Positions 34,002 to 44,094 of a stretch of DNA of 64,000 nt are shown here, one piece after another. The position numbers and the translations under genes were made by a program. This DNA comes from an uncultured Gemmatimonadales bacterium (lineage in GTDB: Bacteria > Gemmatimonadota > Gemmatimonadetes > Longimicrobiales > RSA9). The stretch is from contig CAVUKA010000006.1 in NCBI GenBank assembly GCA_963741945.1, forward strand, positions 128,001 to 192,000, given 5' to 3'. The notes under the pieces were generated by a model that searched no databases, was not told the origin of the DNA, and saw only the letters and a list, made by a program, of their open reading frames with translations. The first letter of the stretch is position 1, and each line of letters begins with the position of its first letter.

Positions 34002-35162
34002 ATGCTGGAAGCGGCATTTCGCGGGGGCAGGCGGTACTGGACGCTGATGGCCATATGGGCCGTGCTCATCACCATCGGCGTGCTGGCCTATGGCCGTCAA
34101 TTCAGTGAGGGGCTCACCGTGACCGGGATGAGCCGCGACGTGACGTGGGGGCTCTACATCGCGCAGTTCACGTTCCTCGTGGGCGTGGCCGCCTCCGCGG
34201 TCATGGTGGTGCTCCCGTATTACCTGCACGACTACAAGACCTTCGGGAAGCTGGTGGTGCTGGGCGAGTTCCTGGCCGTGTCCGCCGTGATCATGTGCAT
34301 GGCGTTCATCTTCGTCGACATGGGCCAGCCGCGGCGCGTGCTCAACATCTTCCTCCACCCGACTCCGAACTCGGTCATGTTCTGGGACAGCGTGGTCCTG
34401 TTCGGCTATCTCGTCCTCAACCTGGTCATCGGCGCCACCACGTTCGACGCCGAGCGCAAGGGCGCCCCCCCGCCCCGCTGGGTGAAGCCGCTCATCTACC
34501 TGTCCATTCCGTGGGCGGTGAGCATTCATACGGTGACCGCGTTCCTATACTCGGGGCTGGAAGCCCGGACGTTCTGGATGACGGCGATTCTGGCGCCGCG
34601 CTTCCTGGCCTCCGCGTTCGCGTCCGGTCCCAGCCTGCTGATCCTGCTGGCTGTCCTGCTCCGGCATACCACCCGGTTCGACGCGGGGCAGAAAGCCATT
34701 GGCAAGCTCGCGGTGATCGTCACGTACGCCCTGACCATCAACCTGTTCTTCGTGGTCGTGGAGCTGTTCACGGGCCTGTACAGCGACATGCCCGGACACA
34801 TGCGCGCGTTCCAGTACCTCTACCTGGGGATCGAGGGGCACACGGCCCTGGTCCCGTGGATGTGGACCAACGCCGCGCTCACCCTCGTCTGCGTGGGGCT
34901 GTTGATGACGCCTGCGGTGCGCCGACGCGAGGGGCTGCTGGCCGCCACGGCCGTGGCGGTGATCGTCGCCGTGTGGATCGAGAAGGGGATGGGGCTCGTG
35001 ATCGGCGGCTTCATTCCGAACCCGCTCGGCCATGTCACGGAGTACGCTCCCACCCTTCCGGAGATCGCCATCACGGTGGGGGTCTACGCGATGGGATTCA
35101 TGATCCTGACCCTGCTGGTCCGGATCGTCGTGAATGTTAGAGAGGCACTCGAAGCGGCCTGA
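34002..35162 (+). CDS. dsrP: DsrP NrfD-family membrane subunit
   Basis: TGMSRDVTWGLYIAQFTFLVGVAASAVM, WAVSIHTVTAFLY, APRFLASAF. Confidence 0.95.
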   Translation: MLEAAFRGGRRYWTLMAIWAVLITIGVLAYGRQFSEGLTVTGMSRDVTWGLYIAQFTFLVGVAASAVMVVLPYYLHDYKTFGKLVVLGEFLAVSAVIMCMAFIFVDMGQPRRVLNIFLHPTPNSVMFWDSVVLFGYLVLNLVIGATTFDAERKGAPPPRWVKPLIYLSIPWAVSIHTVTAFLYSGLEARTFWMTAILAPRFLASAFASGPSLLILLAVLLRHTTRFDAGQKAIGKLAVIVTYALTINLFFVVVELFTGLYSDMPGHMRAFQYLYLGIEGHTALVPWMWTNAALTLVCVGLLMTPAVRRREGLLAATAVAVIVAVWIEKGMGLVIGGFIPNPLGHVTEYAPTLPEIAITVGVYAMGFMILTLLVRIVVNVREALEAA

Positions 35163-35211
35163 CACGGGGGTGTCAGAAGACCGCCCCGATACCCGGTGAA
35201 AGGAGATCAGG

Positions 35212-36456
35212 ATGGCAGACGCCAAACGAAACGGCACCCCTCTCCTGGACGAACTGGACAAGGGCCCATGGCCTTCGTTCGTCCGGCAGATCAAGGAGAT
35301 GGCCGACGAGAAGGAGCAGTGCGGACAGCTGCTGGAGCTGCTCGAGCGCTCCTACGAGGAGAAGAAGGGTCACTGGAAGCACGGCGGCATCGTCGGCGTG
35401 ATGGGATATGGCGGCGGGGTGATCGGGCGTTACAACGACGACCCGGAGAGCTACCCGGCGATCGCGCACTTCCACACGCTGCGGGTGAATCAGCCGAGCG
35501 GCTGGTTCTACACCGCGGACGTGCTGAACAAGATCTGCGACATCTGGGATGAGCACGGCTCCGGGCTGACGAACATGCACGGCTCGACCGGTGACATGGT
35601 GCTCCTGGGCACCACCACCGACGAGTTGGAGCCGACGTTCGCAGCGCTCAGCGAGATCGACTTCGACCTGGGCGGCAGTGGCTCGGACGTGCGCACGCCG
35701 AGCGCCTGTGTGGGCCCGGCCCGCTGCGAGTGGGCATGCTACGACACGCTCGACCTGTGCAACGACCTGACCCAGACGTACCAGGACGAGCTGCACCGGC
35801 CGGCCTTCCCGTACAAGTGGAAGTTCAAGTGCTCCGGCTGCCCGAACGACTGCGTGGCGTCCATCGCCCGCTCCGACATGGCGATCATCGGCACGTGGCG
35901 CGACGACATCCGCATTGATGCCGATGCGGTGACGGCGTACGCCGAGGCCGGGATGAACATCGAGCGGGACGTGGTGGGCAAGTGCCCGACGGGCTGCATG
36001 GAGTGGGATGGGCAGACGCTGGCGATCGACAACAGCAACTGCGTCAACTGCATGCACTGCATCAACGCCATGCCGAAGGCGCTGCGGCCCGGTGTGGACA
36101 CGGGTGCGACGATCCTGGTCGGCGCGAAGGCGCCCATCGTGGAAGGTGCGCAGCTCGCGTCGGTGATGGTGCCGTTCATGAAGATGGAGCCGCCGTACGA
36201 GGAGCTGAAGGACCTCACCGAGCGGATCTGGGACTTCTGGGGCGAGAACGGGAAGAACCGCGAGCGCGTGGGCGAGCTGATCCAGCGCGTGGGGCTGGGC
36301 AACTTCCTCGAGGCGATCGAGCTGGATCCGATCCCGCAGATGATCGCGCACCCGAGAGACAACCCGTACGTGTTCTACGAGGAATACTACGAGGAAGAGG
36401 AAGAAGAAGAAGAAGTGGCGGAAGCGCCGGACGCCGTGCCCGCGGGAGGGGCATGA
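35212..36456 (+). CDS. dsrA: Dissimilatory sulfite reductase alpha subunit
   Basis: [74 protein letters not shown]. Confidence 0.98.
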   Translation: MADAKRNGTPLLDELDKGPWPSFVRQIKEMADEKEQCGQLLELLERSYEEKKGHWKHGGIVGVMGYGGGVIGRYNDDPESYPAIAHFHTLRVNQPSGWFYTADVLNKICDIWDEHGSGLTNMHGSTGDMVLLGTTTDELEPTFAALSEIDFDLGGSGSDVRTPSACVGPARCEWACYDTLDLCNDLTQTYQDELHRPAFPYKWKFKCSGCPNDCVASIARSDMAIIGTWRDDIRIDADAVTAYAEAGMNIERDVVGKCPTGCMEWDGQTLAIDNSNCVNCMHCINAMPKALRPGVDTGATILVGAKAPIVEGAQLASVMVPFMKMEPPYEELKDLTERIWDFWGENGKNRERVGELIQRVGLGNFLEAIELDPIPQMIAHPRDNPYVFYEEYYEEEEEEEEVAEAPDAVPAGGA

Positions 36457-36515
36457 TCGGCCGGACCGTCTTCAATTGACCGCGCTTTGAACCATAGAAC
36501 GTGAGGAGAGATTCG

Positions 36516-37595
36516 ATGGCGACGGAACAGAGACGAACCGATTTCGGGCCACCCGATTTTCGGCGCTTCCTCCCGCCCGTGATCAAGGAGAACTACGGGA
36601 AGTGGAAGTACCACGAGATCCTGAAGCCCGGCGTGATGGTGCACGTGGCCGAGTCCGGCGACGAGCTGATCACGGTGCGGGCGGGGTCGCCCCGACTGCT
36701 GAGCACGAAGCGGATCCGGAAGTACTCGGACCTGGCCACGAAGTATTGCGACGGCTTCCTCCGCTTCACGAGCCGGCACAACGTGGAGTTCCTGCTGACG
36801 AAGCGGGAGAACGTGGACCCGCTGATCGCGGATCTGGCGGAGCTGGGTCATCCGGTGGGCGGGATCGGCCCGGCCATCTCCAGCATCGTGCACACGCAGG
36901 GGTGGGTGCACTGTCACTCGGCGGCCACGGACGCATCGGGCGTGGTGAAGGCCGTGATGGACGACCTGCACGAGTTCTTCGACGGGACGCGGCCGATCCC
37001 GGGCAAGCTGCGCGTCGCGCTGGCGTGCTGCCTGAACATGTGCGGCGCCGTGCACTGCTCGGACATCGCGATCCTGGGCGTGCACCGTCGTCCGCCGAAG
37101 GTGCAGGACGACAACCTGAACAAGCTGTGCGAGATCCCGAACGTGATCGCGTCGTGCCCGACGGGTGCGATCCGTCCGGCCACGGTGAACGGCAAGCAGA
37201 CGGTGGAGATCGAGGAAGAGAACTGCATGTTCTGCGCGAACTGCTTCTCGGTCTGCCCGGCGCTCCCCATCGCCGACCCGCTGAACGACGGCGTGAGCAT
37301 CTGGGTGGGTGGCAAGGTCTCGAACGCACGGCACGAGCCGATGTTCTCCAAGCTCGCGATCCCGTTCATCGAGAACGAGCCGCCGCGCTGGCCGACGGTG
37401 GTGCAGAGCGTCCGGAAGATCGTCGAGGTCTGGGCGGACGGCGCGCGGCCGTACGAGCGGATGGGCGAGTTCATCGAGCGGATCGGTTGGCCGAAGTTCT
37501 TCGAGCTGGCCGACATCGAGTTCACGAAGGAGCACATCGACGACTACCGGTACGCCGGTCTGACGTACAAGCGCTCCACGCAGTTGAGGCACTAG
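36516..37595 (+). CDS. dsrB: Dissimilatory sulfite reductase beta subunit
   Basis: [57 protein letters not shown]. Confidence 0.98.
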   Translation: MATEQRRTDFGPPDFRRFLPPVIKENYGKWKYHEILKPGVMVHVAESGDELITVRAGSPRLLSTKRIRKYSDLATKYCDGFLRFTSRHNVEFLLTKRENVDPLIADLAELGHPVGGIGPAISSIVHTQGWVHCHSAATDASGVVKAVMDDLHEFFDGTRPIPGKLRVALACCLNMCGAVHCSDIAILGVHRRPPKVQDDNLNKLCEIPNVIASCPTGAIRPATVNGKQTVEIEEENCMFCANCFSVCPALPIADPLNDGVSIWVGGKVSNARHEPMFSKLAIPFIENEPPRWPTVVQSVRKIVEVWADGARPYERMGEFIERIGWPKFFELADIEFTKEHIDDYRYAGLTYKRSTQLRH

Positions 37596-37603
37596 GAGGA
37601 ACA

Positions 37604-37852
37604 ATGGCTGTCACCACTGAACAGGTCGCCGACGCCATGTACCAGCTGGTGAGCGAGTACCAGGGCAAGAAGAAGTTCAAGGCCCTGGACCTCACCAAGG
37701 CGATGAAGGAGAAGTTCGGCGCGGACGCCGACCGGAACACGTGCAAGGACGCGATCCGAAGCCTGATCGACTCGGGTCGCTGCGTCTACACGTATTTCGG
37801 TGGCAGCTACATCGAGGTCCCGCACAAGGAAGGGGCTGCCGAGGGCGCCTGA
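37604..37852 (+). CDS. dsrD: DsrD winged-helix protein
   Basis: 82-aa basic protein directly after dsrB with AGGAGG RBS; GKKKFKALDL..KDAIRSLIDSG..Y..GGSY. Confidence 0.85.
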   Translation: MAVTTEQVADAMYQLVSEYQGKKKFKALDLTKAMKEKFGADADRNTCKDAIRSLIDSGRCVYTYFGGSYIEVPHKEGAAEGA

Positions 37853-37892
37853 CGCCCCGAGCGGTCGCTGCGGGAATACACGAAGCACCCGA

Positions 37893-37922
37893 CTCCGTCG
37901 CCCCCTCCGGGGGGCGGCGGGG
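37893..37922 (+). other. Stem-loop with cUCCGg (UNCG) tetraloop after dsrD
   Basis: CTCCGTCGCCCCC-TCCG-GGGGGCGGCGGGG, 13-bp stem incl. two G-U pairs. Confidence 0.6.
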
Positions 37923-37968
37923 GATGGGCTGAACGATACGAGCGTGAACCGGTCGCGTGAGGTGACGT

Positions 37969-39648
37969 ATGGCTGTCAAGAAAGTAGTCAAGAAGAAGAA
38001 GTCGTTCGGTTCCCGCGGAGGCGGGGGCGGGCGCGAGCAGTCACCGCTGCGGCCGAAGCACGTGGAGAAGCGTCCCCCATGTCAGGACACGTGTCCCAGC
38101 GGCAATCGCATCCGTGAATTCCTGACCACGCTGGCGCAGGCGGAAAAGCTGGGCAAGACGCGGGAGCAGGCGCTTACGGAGGCGTGGGAGATCTACACGG
38201 ACACGAGTCCCTTCCCATCGGTGTGCGGGCGTGTCTGCCCCGCGCCGTGCGAAACGGAATGCAACCGTCGCGAGCTGGATGGCGCGCTGAGCGTGAACAA
38301 GGTCGAGCGTTCCATCGGCGAGTGGGGACTGGAGCAGAAGCTGGGGCTGAAGCGCCTGTCGGAGGAGATGAAGCCGCAGAAGGTGGCGGTGGTGGGCGGC
38401 GGGCCGAGTGGCCTGTCGTGCGCGTACCAGCTGGCGCGCCGGGGCTACGGGGTCACGGTGTTCGAGGCCATGGAGAAGGCGGGCGGGATGCTGCGCTACG
38501 GCATTCCGGGCTACCGTCTTCCGGAGCCGGTGCTGGACCAGGAGATCCAGCGGATCCTGGATCTCGGCGTGGAGCTGGAGACGGGCGTGAAGATCGGGCA
38601 GCAGATCACGATGCCCGAGCTGCGAGAGCGCTTCGACGCGGTGTACGTGGCGCTGGGGGCGCAGCAGGGCGTGCGCCTGGGCGTCGAGGGGGAGGACGCG
38701 CCGAACGTGTTCAGCGGCGTGGATTTCCTGAACCGGTTCCATCACGGGGAGAAGCTGGATCTGGGGCCGGACGTGGTGGCGATCGTGGTGGGCGGTGGGG
38801 ACACGGCCATCGACGCCGCGCGCATCGCGAAGCGGCTCGGCGCGAACGTGACGGTCCTCTACCGGCGGACGCTCGATGAGATGCCGGCGGTGAGGGAGGA
38901 AGTGGAGGAGGCGATCGCCGAGGGCGTGAAAGTGGAGTTCCTGGCCGCGCCGGTGGGCTTCGTGAAGGAGAACGGCCGCGTCACGGCGATGCGGGCGATC
39001 CGGATGGAGCTGGGCGAGCCTGATACGTCCGGGCGTCGTCGCCCGGTGCCGATCGAGGGTTCGGAGTTCGAGATCCCGGCCAGTGCGGTCATCTCGGCGG
39101 TGAGCCAGGCGCCGGACTTCACCGGCTTCGAGGACCTGATCGAGGGCAGGGACTGGGTGAAGGTGAACGACCGCGGCGCTACGAAGGTGGATGGCGTGTG
39201 GGCGGGCGGTGACGTAACGCGGCTGGCGCTGGTGACGGACGCCATCGGCCAGGGTCGTCGCGCGGCCGAGTCCATTGTCAGTGCCTTCACGGGCGAGTCG
39301 GTTCCGGTGGACACGCGGAAGGTGATCCGCACGGACAAGATGATCCTGGACCATTACGAGAAGAAGGCCAGGAACGAGCCGGCGACGCTCGAGGTGGACA
39401 AGCGGTTCGATGCCGTGGACCGGGAGGTGAACCTCGGCCTCACCATGGACGAGGCCTTTGACGAGGCCACGCGCTGCATGAGCTGCGGCTACTGCTTCGA
39501 CTGCGAGAAGTGCTGGATGTACTGCTCGGAGGCGGGAATCGAGAAGCCGCCGCAGAAGGGGCAGCTGTACATCTTCAAGCTGGGCAAGTGCACCGGGTGC
39601 GCCAAGTGCGCCGAGATCTGCCCCTGCGGGTTCATCGAAATGGCGTGA
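37969..39648 (+). CDS. dsrL: DsrL Fe-S flavoprotein (YRR motif, DsrL-2 type)
   Basis: PPCQDTCPSG, CGRVCPAPCETECNR, VVGGGPSG, VGGGDTAID, LYRR, RCMSCGYCFDCEKC, CTGCAKCAEICPCGFIEM. Confidence 0.93.
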   Translation: MAVKKVVKKKKSFGSRGGGGGREQSPLRPKHVEKRPPCQDTCPSGNRIREFLTTLAQAEKLGKTREQALTEAWEIYTDTSPFPSVCGRVCPAPCETECNRRELDGALSVNKVERSIGEWGLEQKLGLKRLSEEMKPQKVAVVGGGPSGLSCAYQLARRGYGVTVFEAMEKAGGMLRYGIPGYRLPEPVLDQEIQRILDLGVELETGVKIGQQITMPELRERFDAVYVALGAQQGVRLGVEGEDAPNVFSGVDFLNRFHHGEKLDLGPDVVAIVVGGGDTAIDAARIAKRLGANVTVLYRRTLDEMPAVREEVEEAIAEGVKVEFLAAPVGFVKENGRVTAMRAIRMELGEPDTSGRRRPVPIEGSEFEIPASAVISAVSQAPDFTGFEDLIEGRDWVKVNDRGATKVDGVWAGGDVTRLALVTDAIGQGRRAAESIVSAFTGESVPVDTRKVIRTDKMILDHYEKKARNEPATLEVDKRFDAVDREVNLGLTMDEAFDEATRCMSCGYCFDCEKCWMYCSEAGIEKPPQKGQLYIFKLGKCTGCAKCAEICPCGFIEMA

Positions 39649-39652
39649 TGCC

Positions 39653-41077
39653 ATGACGACGCCCCGGGTTCTCGTAGCCGGACTTCGCGGCGGGAGCGGC
39701 AAAACGCTCCTCGCTGTGGGACTCGAGGACGCGTGGCGGCGGCGTGGGCTGCGGGTGGTCCCCTTCAAGAAGGGGCCGGACTACATCGATGCGGCATGGT
39801 CCTCCGCGGCCGCGGGGAGGCCATGCCGCAATCTGGACCTTTTCCTCCACTCCCCGGACATGGCCGTCCGCTCGTTCATCGGCGGGTCGGGCGACGCCGA
39901 TGTGGCGGTCATCGAGGGCAACCGCGGCCTGTTCGACGGCGCGGACGCCCAGGGTTCCTGCAGCACTGCGGAGCTGGCCAAACTCCTGCGCGCGCCGGTG
40001 GTGCTCGTGGTGGACTGCACGAAGGTGACGCGAACCGTGGCCGCCACCGTCCTCGGGTGCCAGCACCTGGACCCGGCCGTGGACATTCGCGGGGTGGTGC
40101 TGAACCAGACGGCCGGACTCCGGCACGAGGAAGTGGTGCGGGCCTCCATCGAGGACGCCACCGGGCTGCCGGTGCTCGGGGCCCTGCCCCGCCTCCGCAC
40201 CGAGATCCTCCCGGAGCGGCACCTGGGGCTCCTCCCTCCCGCGGAGCACGGCGCGCGGGCGGATGCCGTGCGGGAAGTGGGCGAGCTGGCGGAGCGATTC
40301 CTGAACCTTGACGCGATCCTGACCGTCGCCCGTTCGGCCCCGCCGCTCGCGGCGCCATCGGCCGAAGCGGCTGTGGTCCCGGACGGCTCGATCGCCGGGC
40401 CGGATCCGCGGTCCGAAATCCGGATCGGCGTCTTCCAGGACGCGGCGTTCCAGTTCTACTACCCGGAAAACCTGGAAGCGCTCGAGCGCGCCGGAGCGCG
40501 GCTGGTGGAGATCTCGCCCCTCCGGGATCGGGAGCTTCCGGACGTGGACGGTCTCTACCTGGGGGGAGGATTCCCCGAGACGCAGGCGGCGGGACTCGCG
40601 GAGAATCGATCGTTCCGGACCGCCGTGCGGGACGCGGCCATGGCAGGGATGCCGATGTACGCGGAGTGCGGCGGTGCCGTGTACCTGGGGCAGGACCTGG
40701 ACTATCAGGGAGAGCGCTATCCCATGGCGGGTGTCTTCCCGGTGGCGTTCGGGTTCCAGCAGCGGCCGCGGGGGCATGGCTATGCGGTGCTCGAGGCGGT
40801 GCAGGAGAACCCGTTCCATCCGGTCGGCACGGAGGTCCGCGGCCACGAGTTCCACTACACCTTCATGCGCGCTGCGCCGGTGGCAGAGCTCAGGTTCGCG
40901 TTCCGCGTTCGACGCGGGTACGGGTTCGACGGCGAGCACGAAGGACTGTGCCGTCAGAACGTGATGGCCTGCTACACCCACATCCACGCCCTCACGGTTC
41001 CGCAGTGGGCGCCTTCCCTGGTCCGGGCAGCCCTGCGCTTCCGGTCCGAAGCGGGCGCGGCCGCTTCGGCGCGATGA
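39653..41077 (+). CDS. dsrN: DsrN siroheme amidase (cobyrinate a,c-diamide synthase family)
   Basis: GLRGGSGKT, FKKGPDYID, IEGNRGLFDG, PERHLGL, FYYPEN, YAECGG, GHEFHY, YTHIH. Confidence 0.92.
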   Translation: MTTPRVLVAGLRGGSGKTLLAVGLEDAWRRRGLRVVPFKKGPDYIDAAWSSAAAGRPCRNLDLFLHSPDMAVRSFIGGSGDADVAVIEGNRGLFDGADAQGSCSTAELAKLLRAPVVLVVDCTKVTRTVAATVLGCQHLDPAVDIRGVVLNQTAGLRHEEVVRASIEDATGLPVLGALPRLRTEILPERHLGLLPPAEHGARADAVREVGELAERFLNLDAILTVARSAPPLAAPSAEAAVVPDGSIAGPDPRSEIRIGVFQDAAFQFYYPENLEALERAGARLVEISPLRDRELPDVDGLYLGGGFPETQAAGLAENRSFRTAVRDAAMAGMPMYAECGGAVYLGQDLDYQGERYPMAGVFPVAFGFQQRPRGHGYAVLEAVQENPFHPVGTEVRGHEFHYTFMRAAPVAELRFAFRVRRGYGFDGEHEGLCRQNVMACYTHIHALTVPQWAPSLVRAALRFRSEAGAAASAR

Positions 41078-41090
41078 CGGGAGAGCGAGC

Positions 41091-41744
41091 ATGGCCATCA
41101 TCACAATCTCTCGTGGATCCCTCAGCGGAGGGCGCACCGTGGCCGAGTGCTTGGCGGAGCGCCTCGGCTATCCGTGCGTGGCGCACGAAGTGCTCCGGGG
41201 GGCGGCCCGGAAGCTCGGTCTGGCGGAGGACGTCGTCCGGGACAAGTTCGAGACACCGCCCGGACTCTGGTCCCGGCTGAGCCGCGACCGGGAGATCTAC
41301 CTCCTGGCGGTGAAGACGGCGCTCGCCGACAAGTGCCGGGACGGGTGCCTGGTCTATCACGGCCCCGCGGGCCAGTTCTTCCTGGCCGGCCTCCCGGGCG
41401 TTCTTGCCGTTCGGCTCATTGCGCCGCTGCAGCAGCGGGTCCGGGCGTTGACGGGCCCACACCACCGCCTCGCGCGGAAGGCCGCGCTCGAATTCATCGA
41501 GAACGTCGACGAGGAGCGGCGCCGGTGGGCCCGGTTGATGTTCAACGCGGACGTCGAGGACCCGGGCCTCTACGACCTCACGGTGAACCAGCGCTTCCTC
41601 TCCGTGGAGACGGCGTGTGTGGCCATCGCCGAGGCCGCGGGGCAGCCCGAGCTCCAGGTCACGGAGGACGTGCTGTCGGACCTTGCTTCATTCGCGACCG
41701 CATGCCACGAGCAGCTGGACGCGCTGCTGGACGGGGAGGAGTGA
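41091..41744 (+). CDS. Cytidylate kinase-like family protein (no BON)
   Basis: MAIITISRGSLSGGRTVA, LVYHGPAGQFFL, VRLIAP, DPGLYDLTVN. Confidence 0.8.
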   Translation: MAIITISRGSLSGGRTVAECLAERLGYPCVAHEVLRGAARKLGLAEDVVRDKFETPPGLWSRLSRDREIYLLAVKTALADKCRDGCLVYHGPAGQFFLAGLPGVLAVRLIAPLQQRVRALTGPHHRLARKAALEFIENVDEERRRWARLMFNADVEDPGLYDLTVNQRFLSVETACVAIAEAAGQPELQVTEDVLSDLASFATACHEQLDALLDGEE

Positions 41745-41748
41745 GACC

Positions 41749-42567
41749 ATGGCCATCATCGCCATCTGTCGCGGCACGAAGAGCGGTGGGGCGGCCATGG
41801 CCGAGTGCCTGGCCAATGGCCTCGACTATCCGGTCCTGGGCCGCGAGGTCGTGCAGGATGCGGCCGCGGAGCTGGGCGTCCCGGCCCAGCTCCTCGAACA
41901 GCGCATGGATGCGCGGCCCACGCTGTGGAGCCGGTTCTCCAATCTGAGGCGCACCTACATGGTGGCCATTCAGGCCGCCATGGCGGAGTACGCCGTGGAG
42001 GGCGACCTGGTCTACCACGGCCTCGCCGGCGGGCTCCTGCTGCGCGGCCTTCCCGCCACGCTCTGGCTCCGGCTCATCGCGCCGATGCGTTATCGGAAGC
42101 GGGTGGTCATGGGCGAGTCGGACATGGATGACGCGCTGGCGGAATCCTACATCCGCGAGATGGACGAGACCCGTGCTCGCTGGGTGAAGGTGATGTACGG
42201 CGAGGACATTGGAGATCCGGACCTTTTCGACATGGTGGTCAGCCTGGACAAGCTGACCATCGACGGTGCCTGCTCGGTGGTGGTGAAGACGGTCGAACAG
42301 CCCGAGTACACGATCACGGACGAGATCCGGTCCCGGCTGCTGAACTTCCGGACGGCGTGCCGGGTGAAGCTGGCGCTGGTCCGGGACAGCGAGCTGCGCA
42401 GCCTCGAACTCGACGCCCGCGTCGAGGACGGTGCTGTGGTGATCACGGGGGAAGCGCCCCTCATGAAGGGTGGACGGACGGGGAACCGCATGGTCGACCT
42501 CGCACGATCGGTACAGGGCGTGGAGGAGGTCCGGCTCAAGGTGGAGTGGTTCGACCCGTATCCGTAG
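41749..42567 (+). CDS. Cytidylate kinase-like family protein with BON domain
   Basis: MAIIAICRGTKSGG, LVYHGLAGGLLL, RLIAP, MYGEDIGDPDLFD; BON tail DGAVVITG..VQGVEEV. Confidence 0.8.
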   Translation: MAIIAICRGTKSGGAAMAECLANGLDYPVLGREVVQDAAAELGVPAQLLEQRMDARPTLWSRFSNLRRTYMVAIQAAMAEYAVEGDLVYHGLAGGLLLRGLPATLWLRLIAPMRYRKRVVMGESDMDDALAESYIREMDETRARWVKVMYGEDIGDPDLFDMVVSLDKLTIDGACSVVVKTVEQPEYTITDEIRSRLLNFRTACRVKLALVRDSELRSLELDARVEDGAVVITGEAPLMKGGRTGNRMVDLARSVQGVEEVRLKVEWFDPYP

Positions 42568-42623
42568 GCCGAACGACGATCCGGCACGCCCGCGTCGAGA
42601 GCGGGCGGCCAGGAGTGAACGAT

Positions 42624-43619
42624 ATGCACCAGCGCTTCGTTTGCGCCGCCGGCAGTGTGATTCCACTCACGCTCCTGCTCCTCCTGTGCCTGTGCGCGCC
42701 CGCCGTGGCGCAGCACGCGACGCCGGATGCTGCCGAGATGGCCGGCATGGAGGCGGCCATCAGCGACCACGTCTGGTGGTTCTGGCCCGCCGTTCTCTTC
42801 GGGATGACCTTCGTGATGGGGATCCTGGCGGCGGTGGCGGGCGTGGGTGGCGGCGTCCTGTTCGTGCCCATCGTGAGTGGATTCTGCCCGTTCCACCTGG
42901 ACTTCGTCCGCGGGACGGGGCTGCTGGTGGCCATGTCGGGAGCCCTTGCGGCGGGACCCGGGTTCCTGCGGATGAACCTGGCGAGCCTTCGCCTGGCCAT
43001 GCCCGTGGCGCTCATCGCGTCTGCGTGCGCCATAGCCGGTGCGATGGTGGGGCTGGCGCTCCCCACCAACGTGGTGCAGACGGCGCTCGGCGCGTCGATC
43101 CTGGGGATCGTGGTGATCATGATCCGGGCGAAGAAATCGGCATTCCCCGTGGTCCCCCGGGCGGACCGGCTGTCCACGGCTCTGGGCATTTCCGGTGTGT
43201 ACATGGAGGCGAGCCTGGGCCGCGAAGTGGACTGGAAGATCCACCGGACCCTCCCGGGTTTGATCCTGTTCATCCTCATCGGGTTCATGGCCGGCATGTT
43301 CGGGCTCGGCGCCGGGTGGGCCAACGTCCCCGTGCTGAACCTGCTGCTGGGCGCCCCACTCAAGGTGAGCGTGGCCACGAGCAAGTTCCTCCTCTCCATC
43401 ACGGACACGTCCGCCGCCTGGATCTATCTGAATCAGGGGTGCGTGATCCCGCTGCTCGTGGTCCCGTCGCTCGTGGGAATCATGCTCGGGTCGTTCGTGG
43501 GCGTGCGGGTCCTCAAGGTGGCGAAGCCGGCGTTCGTGCGGTGGATGGTCATCGCGCTCCTGATCTTCTCGGGGGCGAAGGCGATGACGAAGGGGCTCGG
43601 ACTCCCGTTCTTCTTCTGA
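42624..43619 (+). CDS. TauE/SafE (TSUP) family transporter
   Basis: GILAAVAGVGGGVLFVP, GMFGLGAGWANVP, PLKVSVATS; signal-peptide-like N terminus; AGGAG RBS. Confidence 0.88.
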   Translation: MHQRFVCAAGSVIPLTLLLLLCLCAPAVAQHATPDAAEMAGMEAAISDHVWWFWPAVLFGMTFVMGILAAVAGVGGGVLFVPIVSGFCPFHLDFVRGTGLLVAMSGALAAGPGFLRMNLASLRLAMPVALIASACAIAGAMVGLALPTNVVQTALGASILGIVVIMIRAKKSAFPVVPRADRLSTALGISGVYMEASLGREVDWKIHRTLPGLILFILIGFMAGMFGLGAGWANVPVLNLLLGAPLKVSVATSKFLLSITDTSAAWIYLNQGCVIPLLVVPSLVGIMLGSFVGVRVLKVAKPAFVRWMVIALLIFSGAKAMTKGLGLPFFF

Positions 43620-43644
43620 CCTGGTCGATGGTGGAGGTGTGGAA

Positions 43645-44094
43645 ATGAGCGAACAGGCGAGCGGGGCTCGACCCTCGGAGGAACAGCGGCTCTATGCCAC
43701 CATCCTGGCTGCCGGGATGTACACGGGGCTGGGTCTGCTGCTTCTGACCTTCGCGCTCTACATCTTCGGGGTCGTGGAGCCGGCCGTCCCCATCGACCGC
43801 CTCGAGACGTACTGGACGCTGAGCGTCGACCGGTTCAACGAGGTGATCAACGCCGAGTACCTGCATCGGGAGCACGGGCTCACCGGCTGGTGGTGGCTCT
43901 CCGCGTTGGGGCGGGGCGACTACCTGAACCTGGTGGGAATCGCGGTGCTGTCGGGCGTCACGGTGATCTCCTTCATCGGCATCATCCCGGTCCTCATCCG
44001 GAAGCGGGACTGGGTCTATGCCGCCATCGCCGTGGTCGAGGTACTCATCCTCGTTCTGGCGGCCAGCGGCATCCTGGCCGTGGGCGGGCATTGA
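43645..44094 (+). CDS. DUF1634-like membrane protein (TSUP-associated)
   Basis: EQRLYATIL, GWWWL..GDYLNLVGIAVL, EVLILVLAASG; three TM segments. Confidence 0.7.
   Translation: MSEQASGARPSEEQRLYATILAAGMYTGLGLLLLTFALYIFGVVEPAVPIDRLETYWTLSVDRFNEVINAEYLHREHGLTGWWWLSALGRGDYLNLVGIAVLSGVTVISFIGIIPVLIRKRDWVYAAIAVVEVLILVLAASGILAVGGH

Noticed and set aside
36602-37852. 416-aa ORF overlapping dsrB
   Set aside because: Only the last 82 codons (from ATG 37604 with AGGAGG) are credible, i.e. dsrD.
37942-37957. GCGTGAACCGGTCGCG upstream of dsrL as a Rex box
   Set aside because: Spacing and right arm do not match the GTG-N8-CAC pattern.
37969-39648. Glutamate synthase small subunit (gltD) call
   Set aside because: C-terminal ferredoxin domain and position after dsrABD identify DsrL.
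39653-41077. Cobalamin cbiA/cobB call
   Set aside because: No cobalamin pathway context; position in the dsr operon indicates DsrN.
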